Shown here: positions 13,438-25,065 of the stretch, piece after piece
How positions within the stretch are numbered: the first letter of the stretch is position 1
Layout: every line of letters starts with the position of its first letter
Assembly: GCA_950097015.1 (NCBI GenBank)
Contig: CATNEN010000002.1
Location: 7,130,001-7,194,000 of the forward strand
Direction of reading: 5' to 3'
DNA length: 64,000 nt
Source of the DNA: Macrostomum hystrix
Taxonomy: Eukaryota; Animalia; Platyhelminthes
The notes under the pieces: generated by a model
Told to the model about the DNA's origin: nothing
What the model saw: only the letters and a program-made list of their open reading frames with translations
Databases searched by the model: none
Made by a program: the position numbers and the translations under genes

Positions 13438-13749
13438 CTGGAAAAACAGAAGGCATGTGCTAATGAGAAGAACAGGCCGTAGAACAGCTTCGCTAATAAT
13501 GGAAAGGTATATAATATTGAGAAACTATTTTAGCTGTGTAACAGAATCGGTTATACTTTGTTTTCTTTGTGAGTTCATAATCAATTTATTATTAATATTC
13601 TAATCAGTAAACAAAAGCGCAACGTGGATTGAATTCTAGACGGAAATTTATTGATACACCAAAATAAAAAATCACAAATCCAAATGATATAATAGGATAG
13701 AAAATCGATAGTTTGCAATCGAATCCAGAAGCCAGAATGGACTCTGAGT

Positions 13750-14404
13750 TCAGTAGAACAGCATCTGGAAGGTGTCGACAGATCCCACGGACCAGTCTTT
13801 GACGGGCTGGTCCATGGCAGTCCTGAGCGCTGCGACCCGCTTTGAATTGGTCAGCAGATCAGAGAATGGAAACCAGAAGACGGCCAGATTGGCCACTGGT
13901 GCCATCGGCAGCAGCAGCGGCACCAGGCCGGTGGAGAATGACGTCACGGAGCCCCTGGCCAGGTCAATCTCCATCATGTCCAGCCATCTGCAGTGGCCAG
14001 TCAGATTTAGCACAGTTAACCGGCCAGCCTTGCGATTGGTTGAGCCGATCAGCCAATCACAGCCGAAGCGTCGCTCGCGGTTCAAACGGTCCACAGCCTT
14101 TACCTGATTTTGAATAGCAGAAGCCGATATGTATCGAAAAAGCCAAAATCTAGAGTAAAAGCTTATGAAAACTCACCATAGAGTCAACAGTGTCTTCGTA
14201 GCTGCCAGACTTCCGGTCGATTCGCCAGACCTCTCGGTAGCTGTGCACCCGGTTTAAAAACGGAAACCAGATCGCAGGCCGCAGCCAAGCCTGAATGGTG
14301 GCCTGCAGCAGCACAAACCACGACACGCGGCCGGGAGGCTGCGAGTCCAGCCGCGAGTCTCCGGCGGCTGACGACGATGTCGATGAGGTGGAAGCTGGCG
14401 ACAT
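13750..14404 (-). CDS. Uncharacterised ~190-aa protein, 2 coding exons, DUF1499-like C-terminal motif
   Basis: Exon 14404-14177 (ATG|gtgagt) and exon 14103-13750 (atcag|GTA) join in phase 0 across a 73-bp intron, with GC-rich codon usage. The C-terminal FSDLLTNSKRVAALR recalls the DUF1499 SDLGVNRKRIEALR motif (by eye only). Confidence 0.6.
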
Positions 14405-14609
14405 TTCGCTTGGATGCTTTAACGCTGAAATTCAGGATTTTCCCCTCAGATAATACATTAGGCCGAAATCGACTACTGAGTAAGTAGAAATAGAGGAAAA
14501 TGGGTAGCGAATTGTCTTCCAAGATATTAACTTCTGTATTCTGACCTGTCTTCTGACCTGCGGTTTCTTCTTGCTTATTCTCAATTCTGGAAAAAAATGA
14601 GATAGTTCA

Positions 14610-15155
14610 GATGAGACAGGGATGAGATTAGACAGGGATGAGATGAGACAGGGGAGAGATGAGACAGGGATGAGATGAGACTGGAATGAGAAGAGACATG
14701 GCTGAGATGAGACAGGGGAGAGATGAGACAGGGGAGAGATGAGACAGGGGAGAGATGAGACAGGGATGAGATGAGACTGGAATAAGAAGAGACAGGGCTG
14801 AGATGAGACAGGGATGAGATGAGACAGGGATGAGATGAGACAGGGATGAGATGAGACAGGGAGAGATGAGACAGGGGAGAGATGAGACAGGGTAGAGTTG
14901 AGACAGGGATGAGATGAGACAGGGTAGAGTTGAGACAGGGATGAGATGAGACAGGGGAGAGATGAGACAGGGATGAGATGAGACAGGGATGAGATGAGAC
15001 AGGGATGAGATTAGACAGGGGAGAGATGAGAGGGGAGAGATGAGACAGGGATGAGATGAGACAGGGATGAGATTAGACAGGGGAGAGATGAGAGGGGAGA
15101 GATGAGAGGGGAGAGATGAGAGGGGAGAGATGAGAGGGGAGAGATGAGACAGAGA
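14610..15155. repeat. Purine-rich (GAGATGAGACAGGG)-type minisatellite
   Basis: Directly visible degenerate tandem units. Confidence 0.9.
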
Positions 15156-15550
15156 AGACACGGGAAACGTTAAAAATGTAGCAGTCAAACATAAAAAAGT
15201 TGTTCTAAGCACATTTAGAATAAATTTAACAAACAAGAGACATGAAAAGTAAAGGTTGGTTTTTAGCACTTGAAAAAACGTGTATAGTGAAGCATGATTT
15301 TAATTTAACCACCAACAAAAAATATTTTCAAGGCACAAATATCACTAGATTAAAAATTAACGGACGGATTTGAGAAAAAGATGTAGCACAATAAAATCAA
15401 AATAAATATATAAACAGTCAAAACTACAAAATAGTTCAACGAGATTCGCTACAAGCTACTAATGTCAAAGGTCAGTAGTATCTATCACTATTGTTATAAA
15501 TTATCACTTGAAATTTATCACTCTTTTAAAAAGAGAAAAGTGTTGTTTAT

Positions 15551-18500
15551 TTAGCTTTGCGTCACCACCCAAACTGGGAGAAACTGGTCCAGGTAGCGGG
15601 GATCCGGGTAGCTGTTCTTGGTCACCACCATGAACCGGAAGTGATCCAAGCGCCACGCCTTGTTGTCGCCGTATTCGGCGCTGTCGCCTGGTCTGGCAAG
15701 ACGGCGCCAGCTGAAAATTTGGCATTTAGGATTTAGGATCTGATAGAGTGACAGTGTGAGGATCTGATAGAGTGACAGTGTGAGGATCTAATAGAGTGAC
15801 AGTCTGAGGATCTGATAGAGTGACAGTCTGAGGATCGGATAGAGTGACAGTCTGAGGATCTGATAGAGTGACAGTCTGAGGATCTGATAGAGTGACAGTC
15901 TGAGGATCTGATAGAGTTACAGTCTGAGGATCTAATAGAGTGACAGTGTGAGGATCTGATAGAGTGACAGTCTGAGGATCTGATAGAGTGACAGTCTGAG
16001 GATCTGATAGTGACAGTCTGAGGATCTAATAGAGTGACAGTCTGAGGATCTGATAGAGTGACAGTCTGAGGATCTGATAGAGTGACAGTCTGAGGATCTG
16101 ATAGAGTGACAGTCTGAGGATCTGATAGAGTGACAGTCTGAGGATCTGATAGAGTTACAGTCTGAGGATCTAATAGAGTGACAGTGTGAGGATCTGATAG
16201 AGTGACAGTCTGAGGATCTGATAGAGTGACAGTCTGAGGATCTGATAGAGTGACAGTCTGAGGATCTGATAGAGTGACAGTCTGAGGATCTGATAGAGTG
16301 ACAGTCTGAGGATCTGATAGTGACAGTCTGAGGATCTAATAGAGTGACAGTCTGAGGATCTGATAGAGTGACAGTGTGAGGATCTGATAGAGTGACAGTC
16401 TGGGGATCTGATAGAGTGAGTCTGAGGATCTGATAGAGTGACAGTGTGAGGATCTGATAGAGTGACAGTGTGAGGATCTGATAGTGACAGTGTGAGGATC
16501 TGATAGAGTGACAGTGTGAGGATCTGATAGAGTGACAGATCAAATCTGAGGATCATAGAGAATGACAGCTCAAATCTGAGGATCATAGAGAATGACAGCT
16601 CAAATCTGAGGATCATAGAGAATGACAGCTCAAATCTGAGGATCATAGAGACTGACAGATCAAATCTGGGGATCATAGAGACTGACAGATCAAATCTGAG
16701 GATCATAGAGACTGACAGATCAAATCTGAGGATCATAGAGACTGACAGATCAAATCTGAGGATCATAGAGAATGACAGCTCAAATCTGAGGATCATAGAG
16801 AATGACAGATCAAATCTGAGGATCATAGAGAATGACAGCTCAAATCTGAGGATCATAGAGAATGACAGCTCAAATCTGAGGATCATAGAGAATGACAGCT
16901 CAAATCTGAGGATCATAGAGACTGACAGCTCAAATCTGAGGATCATAGAGACTGACAGCTCAAATCTGAGGATCATAGAGACAGACAGCTCAAATCTGAG
17001 GATCATAGAGACTGACAGATCAAATCTGGGGATCATAGAGACTGACAGCTCAAATCTGAGGATCATAGAGACTGACAGCTCAAATCTGAGGATCATAGAG
17101 ACTGACAGCTCAAATCTGAGGATCATAGAGACTGACAGCTCAAAACTGGGGATCATAAAGACAGACGTAACCCCAAGTACACATTCAAGAAACCAACTTA
17201 GAATCCTTGAGTATAGTCTTATCGATGAGCATCTGCAGCAGGTTGGGGCAGATTTCTCCGAATCGAACTGCACAGGAAGTGTCAAGCAGATTATCCAAAT
17301 CCATGAGATCTAGCACAAATGGTTTGCCGTAGCTGCAAGTGGAGAGTGAGAGGTAAAGAAGCAGACAAAAGTACACAGGGGGAGCTGCTAGAAGACAGGA
17401 AATACAGCTAGAAGCAACGCACCGCAATGCGCCCATGACAGCCAGGCGCAGTTTGTTGACCTCCATATCCGCTGGGTTGAGTGCGTTAGCATAGTTTGTG
17501 TCCCTGTATCGCAGGAAGGTGCACGCCATGCCGCTGGGGTCCACCAGCAATGGCCAGCGGTTGCTGTCCCGAATCCGGTTGCCCACATCGCGCAGCAGGA
17601 TGTCGTCCAGTTCGCGAATGTTGGCGCGGATGCCAGGGCGGGATTCGTCTCCGGGAGGCTTGCCGTCTTGGTCTGTTTTAGGGTGAGGTGGGGCTGAGTG
17701 GCGTACGACTCACACTGAAGCTCCTGAGTTCGAATCCACGGCAGGGCCACAATTTCCGTAATTTACTAGTAAAATTATAAAAACTTTACTATTCCACATC
17801 CTATTACTACCACTGAAAGTAGTGTAGTTTGGACGTTAGTTCGGCTCAAACCGTATATACAGCGCATTTATGCACTGTTTCATTGTCGAATGACATCAGA
17901 ATTACAACAGGACTACTTAAATGTTTGCACAATAACGGCGCTTAATATATATATTATCATGATTTTTTATTGTTTTTAATTTAAAAATGATGTTGTAGCC
18001 TTGTGGTTAGGGCGTCTGACTCACGACTTGAAGGTCGGGGGTTCGATTCCCGACTCCACTTGAACAATTCGTGGAGTGGAGACACTTTAGCAAGACACTT
18101 TACTCTGCATTGCTTCAGTTCAACCAGGTGTAAAACGAGTACCAGCATCAGTTTGGGTAATTGATGGTGGGTGTGGCATCCCAACCAGTCCATGGACTGA
18201 ACAGCTGTACGCAGCCTTCAGATCAGTAGGCCCGATTGGGGCAGGTGTAATCAATTAACCCTAACCCCTAACCCTAACCCTAACACTTTCCACCTTTACG
18301 ATGAACTAACTTTCAATACCATCCAATAGCAATTGGTTAAATAGTTTTGGAGATACAGAAAAATGAAAATTTGGGTATTTGAAATACCCAGTAGTCTTTC
18401 TACTGATAAGTGCTGTGTAGTGAAGTTTTTTTGCTAATAAAAATTTCGAAACATATCGGCTCACCCTCGGCCGCCTTCTCCCTTCGCTGCAGTCGCAGCA

Positions 18501-20495
18501 GGGCCAGCCGCTCCCGAGCCCGATCCTGCCCGGCCCTGGCCAGATCCAGCTCAGCCTCGGCGTCGTGCACGGAGGCCAGCGTGGCGGGCGCCACGGCGGT
18601 GCGGCCCTCGGCAGCCGCCAGGTCGTGCTCGTGAATGCGCTTCTCCAGGTCGCAGGAGGCCTGGCGCCAGCGCAGCTCGGCGGCCGCGGATTCCCGCTGG
18701 GCCGCTTCAATCTGGGCGTCCAGGGAGGCCATCTCGGCAGCCTGGCGTTTGCGCTCCTCCTCGCGACGGGCCGCCTTGGCCTTCTCAATCTTGCCTAGCA
18801 ACTGCTCAGTCTGGCCAATGTCCCACGAGTCTAGGAGGTCTCTGCCAAAGCGAGAGCGAGAATTCAATTTAAACTACTGTAAGTTTCTTCGGCGCACTAC
18901 TAAGTAAATAGTAAGTAGTATTTATAGATTCTTTTAAACGCACATATAGCCACTGAGTAAAGCTCGCAAAAACGTTTAGAGCACATGGAAGACTCAAGAA
19001 GATAGGACTCTGAGAACTAGGATCTCAAGATTCTCAAGTAATCCAAATTTCATCGCAAAGTTTTGCGTTCTTGGAGTCCTATCATGAGTCATCGATGTAC
19101 TCAAAATGTGTCGCCCTGAAGGGCGCGAATTGCACGACAAGCCCCAAGCCTTCTCTCCGCGGCTGCGCCACAAATTAATGTGGCCTCGCCGCGGAATCGA
19201 GTTCAGGCACTTTGGTGCGAGAGGCAAACGCGTTAACCGCTCTGCCACTCGACCCTGTTGATCGCTTTATGGTGCATGCCAAATACACTTCGGACTGTCT
19301 TAGAGGCCTGAGAGACCCTATCTCAGCTACCTCACCTGACACTGTCAACTGCAGCGACATCGCGCGCCGTTTGGGCGTCCTCGGCGTAGATCCTGGGGTC
19401 GGCGCCGCCAGCCAGCAGTCTCTCGCAGGCGCCCACGTGGCCGGCGAAGGCAGCCCGGTAGAGCGGCGTCCTGCCGAACTGGCCGCGCCTGTTGGGATCG
19501 GCGCCGCGGTCGAGCAGGAAGCCCACAGAGTCGGGGTCGCCGCCGCTCGCCGCCTCGGAAAGAGGCGAATTGCCGTTGGCGTCTTCGCAGTCCAGCAGCT
19601 CCAGCTGGTGACGATTGCGCAGAGCGCGACCGACTGCGTCTTCGCGCGACAGCCCGGCCTGGGTGTCCAGGGTCTCTTGCTGCGGGCCAGTGATGGGAAC
19701 AACATGGGATCAACAGGGATCAGATCGGGTAGGGGTGAGATTCGGATAGTCAGGTGAGAGGTTCGGATTGTCAGGTGAGAGATTCGGATAGTCAGGTGAG
19801 TGATTTGGATTGTCAGGTGAGAGATTCGGATTGTCAGGTGATATATTTGGATTGTCAGGTGAGAGATTCGGATTGTCAGGTGAGAGATTCGGATTGGCAG
19901 GTGAGAGATTTGAGTTGTCAGGTGAGAGATTTGAATTGTCAGCTGAGATTTCAAATTCAAAATTTGAAGAACCTCCGGATGAGTTTTGAGTTCGGCTGCT
20001 CACCTCCCGCAGCAGGTTCTCCATTTCGGCAGTCTCGCCGTTGAACGCTGCCTCCAGCATTCGCTTCCGCCGCCTGAGCTGTTCGGCGCGTCGCTTTTTC
20101 TCCTCCTCCTCCTTGGCTCTCTGGCGCTCAGCGGCTGCCTGCTGCATGCGCACAACGGCAACGAAGGCCTCCTTCTCCAGCTGCTCCATGCGACGCTCGA
20201 AGTCCTCCTTGGCTAAGCGCAGCGCCTTTAACTTTTTAACAGCCAACTGGCTGCGATACCAGCTCTGGATGGTCAGGGCTGCCTTCGACAGGCGCGGATC
20301 CGCCTGCTGCTGCTGCTTCGGTTGGTCCTTAGACGGCTGCTGCTTGGCTGCTGTTCCGCCTCTGCCCCGCGTAGCTGGACCGCCCCGACCTCTGATTGGT
20401 TGACGGCTGCCGCCGCCGCGTGCCGGTGCAGCTGCGGCTCCCACGCGACCTCCTCGACTGCCAGAGCCCGCCGCCGCAGGTGCTAGTTTGGCCGG
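15551..20495 (-). CDS. IQANK1: IQ motif and ankyrin repeat domain-containing protein (IQANK1-like); 5' exon not located
   Basis: Exons 20495-20004, 19679-19336, 18841-18463, 17672-17423, 17332-17198 and 15710-15551 all splice in compatible phase. The protein has an IQ motif (AALTIQSWYRSQLAVKKL), ankyrin repeats (NGNSPLSEAASGG; GRTPLYRAAFAGH) and a coiled coil. The C-terminal signature LDDILLRDVGNRI...WPLLVDPSGMACTFLRYRDTNY...GALR|YGKPFVLDL...RLDHFRFMVVT matches IQANK1. AATAAA overlaps the stop codon. Confidence 0.88.
15740..17160. repeat. Compound intronic minisatellite: 24-bp unit then related 30-bp unit
   Basis: (GTCTGAGGATCTGATAGAGTGACA)n at ~15740-16535 is followed by (AAATCTGAGGATCATAGAGACTGACAGCTC)n at ~16535-17160. 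Confidence 0.95.
17989..18285 (+). mobile_element. tRNA-derived CORE-type SINE with a (TAACCC)n tail
   Basis: A-box-like TAGCCTTGTGG at 17996, B box GGTTCGATTCC at 18040, and a CORE-like block (TTAGCAAGACACTT..TCTGCATTGCTTCAGTTCA..CAG.TGT). A homologous copy lies at 22592-22855. The tail TTAACCCTAACCCCTAACCCTAACCCTAAC is at 18255-18285. Confidence 0.8.
19188..19255 (-). mobile_element. tRNA-like head of a second SINE family
   Basis: The minus strand reads GTGGCAGAGCGGTTAACGCG...GAACTCGATTCC (A-box and B-box-like). Acceptor and anticodon stems do not pair properly. Confidence 0.5.
19740..19950. repeat. 21-bp intronic minisatellite (GTGAGAGATTCGGATTGTCAG)
   Basis: Tandem units between the IQ and ankyrin exons. 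Confidence 0.9.
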
Positions 20496-20809
20496 CTGAA
20501 AGAAGATTCGAACCATGGACCACAGTATCTGTTTTGAAAAAAATTAAAACTTTCCATCATAGTTTTGCGAGCCGGGACTAAATCCGGATTTAACGATATA
20601 AACAATAAACGACGGAAGACCCGAACTTTCATGCCTTTCTTTCTTCTTGAATGATCTGGCAAAAATAAAACGCATTGTATATATATTACCTGTTTTATTT
20701 GCTCAGCCTCTACTGTTCGCTGGCGTGAACAAGAGCCAGAACAAGAGCAGGTTCACGAAAAAGTACCGACCGTACTAAACACTGCTGTAACTCAGAAGTA
20801 AGCGTTAAA

Positions 20810-21130
20810 GTACAAGTAGTAGTAAAAGTACAAGTAGTAGTAAAAGTACAGGTACTGATAAAAATACAGGTACTGATAAAAGTGCAGGCACTGATAAAAG
20901 TACAGGTACTGATAAAAGTACAGGAACTAGTAAAGTACAGGTACTGATAAAAGTGCAGGCACTGATAAAAGTACAGGTACTGATAAAAGTACAGGAACTA
21001 GTAAAAGTACAGGTACTAATAAAAGTACGGGTAGTAGTAAAAGCACAGCTACTTGTAAAAGTACATGCATTAGTAAAAGTACAGGCACGGGTACTAAGTA
21101 CAGTTGCAAGTACAAGTACAGGTACTAAGT
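20810..21130. repeat. 18-bp minisatellite (AAAGTACAGGTACTGATA-like)
   Basis: Directly visible degenerate tandem units. Confidence 0.85.
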
Positions 21131-21817
21131 AATTCTTAAAGTATTAATTATGTATTAAATGGGCCTACAAAAGCCAAAAGCTCATGTTTCCAGTTTGCAT
21201 TCGTGAACGCTAAAAAAGCGTGATTTTTTTTAACAGCAGACATTTAGGCTAAACAATGTAACTAGTAGGTTTTTTATTATTGCACAAGATTATTAGAACA
21301 GACAAAAAACGAAGATGTTTTTATGAGTAAAAAATAGACATACTTCATTATGAGGAATTGTGCAAACAGACAGGCAGACAGAAGGAAGCAGCAGAATATG
21401 ACATAGACGAAAATGCAGTTTCATGTGCCCTCTCAAATCGATTTCTAATGACTGCGAAGCGGGGCTATTGATTGATTGATTGAAAAATAGTCGATGCGCA
21501 TCAGTTTTGTACATTCAATAGAAAATGCACACCAGACAGCACAGGCAGTCTCAAAGCTATGATGCTAAATTGAGTTCGACAAAATCGATTTAATTATTCA
21601 AAACAAGCGGTGAAACTACAGCGATGACGAGTTAAAGATTAATTGCGGATTTTTAGGGACTAAGTAATGTCGAGAATCCTCGAGTTGGGATTTCTCATGA
21701 GCAGCGTTTCGTGCCTGGGGGATATTACAAATTTCTAAGATTGAGTGAGTGATATTTATTCAGGCTATCATGAACAAAATGTAAAAAAGCTACTCAAAGT
21801 CAACAATTGACAGTTTC

Positions 21818-24800
21818 TCATAGAGCTTCCAGGGGCACCGTAATGAGCTGCAGGCCGACAGCTCCGTCCGATTCGTCGGTGAGGCTATCGCCAGACCCGG
21901 TGTCGCCGACTCCTCCGGAAAAGCCTTCCAAAGCTGCTGGAGAGTGATCCGGCTCGCAACTCATGCGAGAGGCGCGAAGCTCCGCCAGCAGACTGGGAGC
22001 AGCAGCAGCAGCTGCGGCAGACACTGGATCGTCATCAGCAGGAGAGCCAACTGCATCAGCCAAAACATCGGCATCGTTCTGCTCCGCCTGCTGGCTGGGG
22101 CCGGAGACGAATCTTCCAGTTGTGCGCAGCTGATCCAACACACAGTCTGGCAGGTGGTGCAGTCGGATGCGGACATTGCCCTTAGCGGCGGACATTGCTG
22201 TGTAGTCGGTGCGCGAAACACGAACAGGCGGACTGGCGGAGCGGCCGTGATGCGACAGTTGACTAGATTTTAAATCAACTGGCACCGACTTTGCACTTGG
22301 AGTCGCTGGCGGCTTCTGCGGCTTCTGCTGCTGCCGTTGTTTGCTGTTGCGCGGATTGTCCGCGATAAAGGCGGCGGCCGTAGCAGCGGCAGCAACCAAA
22401 GCGGCCGCTCTTTGACGGGGCAAAACTGCCGGCGGAGAAGGCTGCTTGTCGGCTCGGCCAGCTGGGGAGCTGAAGGGGAGTGGTTTGGAGGGAAGTGGAG
22501 TGAAGGGGACAGATAATAGTATATTGCTCATTCACTAAGCTGCTCCTGTACTAAATTCGATCGTTAAACGTTAAACGTTAAACGATCGGAAACGGGGTTC
22601 GATTCCCGTCTCCACTGGAACAATTTGTGTCCTTTAGCAAGACACTTAACTCTGCATTGCTTCAGTTCACCCAGCTGTTAAATGGGTACCAGCATTAGCT
22701 GGGATAATTGAAGGTGGGTGTGGCGTCCCCCCAGTCCATGGACTGAACAGCTGTACGCAGCCTTCAGATGCGCCGCGCAATAGCTGCGGCTGTGCTGTCG
22801 GCTGCACATCTGACCCGATTGGGGCAGGTGTAATCAATTATTATTATTATTATTAATTTTTATTGTACTAAACTAGCTGCTCATGGACTCAACTAGCTGC
22901 TCATGGACCCAACTAGCTGCTCATGGACCCAACTAGCTGCTCATGGACCCAACTAGCTGCTCATGGACCCAACTAGCTGCTCATGGACCCAACTAGCTGC
23001 TCATGGACCCAACTAGCTGCTCATGGACTCAACTAGCTGCTCATGGACTCAACTAGCTGCTCACGGACTCACCCAGCTGCTTATCAACTTGTAAAACAAA
23101 CACATTCTCAACCCCGGTTTCTCACCTCAGCAAATCGCTTCTTCGCTTCCTCACTGCACCAGCAACAGAATCATCGAATTTGGTGGCAGCGGCTGCAGCC
23201 GGAGCTGTTGAACCAGCCGAATTCCTGGTTCCAGCCGCAGAAGCAGCTAATGAAGAGGCTTTCTTGGGCTGTGCCGCGGGGCCGGAGCCAGAGCGTCGGC
23301 CAGAAGGAGCCGGCGTCGACTTGGTGACAGGCTGAGCTAATGCTGCAGCTGCTGCTTTGCTCGACGCAGAAGGGGCGTCGGCCACAGCTGGAGGCTTGCT
23401 TGAAGCTGGAGTCTTGGACCCCACATTTTTCTTACCGCTGACGACGCCTTTGTCGCTGCCAGTTGGAGTCGGAGTTGGCACATCGTCGGTACGATTTAGA
23501 GCTCGTCGCTTCGCGGAACTTGCTATGGATGTAGATAAATCTGGTTCCGCTGCGTGCCGCTTTCCTAGTCCAACCCGTTGGCTGCCTGATTGCCGCTGCG
23601 GCTTCTGCCGTTGCTTCTGATGCTGCTGCTGCGGCTGGTTGCTCTCTGGTGCGTCTGAACCTTAATACCGTTGGAAGGGTTGGGTAGGAAGCCATTCAGT
23701 AGGTTGGGTAGCGGTTTAGTACGTTGGAAAGCGATCTGGCAGGTTGAAAATCTATTTAGTAGGTTTTGAAGCGGTTTAGTAAGTTTCAAAAATGCGATTT
23801 GATAGGTTGGGAAGCGAGTCAGTAGGTTGGGAAGCGAGTCAGTAGGTTGGGAAGCGATTCAGTAGGTTGGGAAGCGAGTCAGTAGGTTGGGAAGCTAGTC
23901 AGTAGGTTGGGAAGCGAGTCAGTAGGTTGGGAAGCGATTCAGTAGGTTGGGAATCGAGTCAGTAGGTTGGGAAGCGAGTCAGTAGGTTGGGAAGCGAGTC
24001 AGTAGGTTGGGAAGCGAGTCAGTAGGTTGGGAAGCGAGTCAGTAGGTTGGGAAACGAATCAGTAGGTTGGGAAGCGAGTCAGTAGGTTGGGAAACGAATC
24101 AGTAGGTTGGGAATCGAGTCAGTAGGTTGGGAAGCGAGTCAGTAGGTTGGGAAGCGAGTCAGTAGGTTGGGAAGCGAGTCAGTAGGTTGGGAAGCGAGTC
24201 AGTAGGTTGGGAAACGAATCAGTAGGTTGGGAATCGAGTCAGTAGGTTGGGAAGCGAGTCAGTAGGTTGGGAAGCGAGTCAGTAGGTTGGGAAGCGAGTC
24301 AGTAGGTTGGGAAGCGAGTCAGTAGGTTGGGAAACGAATCAGTAGGTTGGGAATCGAGTCAGTAGGTTGGGAAGCGAGTCAGTAGGTTGGGAAGCGAGTC
24401 AGTTGGTTGAGAAGCGAGTCAGTAGGTTGGGAAGCGAGTCAGTAGGTTGGGAAACGAATCAGTAGGTTGGGAAGCGAGTCAGTAGGTTGGGAAGCGAGTC
24501 AGTAGGTTGGGAAACGAATCAGTAGGTTGGGAAGCGAGTCAGTAGGTTGGGAAACGAATCAGTAGGTTGGGAAGCGAGTCAGTAGGTTGGGAAACGAATC
24601 AGTAGGTTGGGAAGCGAGTCAGTAGGTTGGGAAGCGAGTCAGTAGGTTGGGAAGCGAGTCAGTAGGTTGGGAAGCGTTTACACTGGGAGTGGAGAATACA
24701 ATAGCTGAGCAGTAGTTACCTGAAGCGGCTGCACTAATTGACACAGGCGGAGCAACAGGCGTGGCGTCAGTTTGCATCTCGATCGGGATTATAAGTGGCG

Positions 24801-25065
24801 GCGCCGAGTTGTCTATCAGCTGGTGCAGCGTGGACACCAGAGTCATGTCCGTGTCGCAGCCATGGCTCTCACGGCAGTGCCGCTTAACAAGGAAGGCCCG
24901 GTTAGTGATGAAGCTGCACTGCAGACAGCCGTAGAGATGATCAGCCTGGCAGCCCACCAGACTAGCACAGGCTGTCAGACGATGCAGCAGGTGATGATCC
25001 AGAGAGGCGAAGGCCTGGTCGCAGCCACGGCACAGCAGATCAATCTTCTGGTTGGCTGACATCAT
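21818..25065 (-). CDS. C2H2-type zinc-finger protein with long low-complexity C-terminal region
   Basis: Exon 25065-24720 holds CRGCDQAFASLDHHLLHRLTAC and YGCLQCSFITNRAFLVKRHCRESH (donor cag|gtaact). A second exon runs ~23660-23126 (donor AG|gtgaga; its acceptor is uncertain) and a last exon 22469-21818 (ttcag|C, phase 2 compatible). Confidence 0.6.
22592..22855 (+). mobile_element. 5'-truncated copy of the CORE-type SINE with a (TTA)n tail
   Basis: B box GGTTCGATTCC at 22596. The body aligns with 18040-18255 apart from an internal insertion, and it ends GTGTAATCAA(TTA)n. Confidence 0.8.
22870..23080. repeat. 20-bp intronic minisatellite (CAACTAGCTGCTCATGGACC)n
   Basis: Directly visible tandem units. 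Confidence 0.9.
23800..24675. repeat. 20-bp intronic minisatellite (AGTAGGTTGGGAAGCGAGTC)n
   Basis: The period of 20 is evident from the vertical alignment of the sequence lines. Confidence 0.97.

Noticed and set aside
17989-18060. tRNA gene (Val-CAC-like)
   Set aside because: The anticodon and acceptor stems do not pair, and the sequence continues into a SINE body shared with a second copy.
22870-23080. Minisatellite unit contains ACTAGCTGC like the mini-Helitron terminus
   Set aside because: It is a 9-bp match with no hairpin or other Helitron sequence and is plausibly chance.
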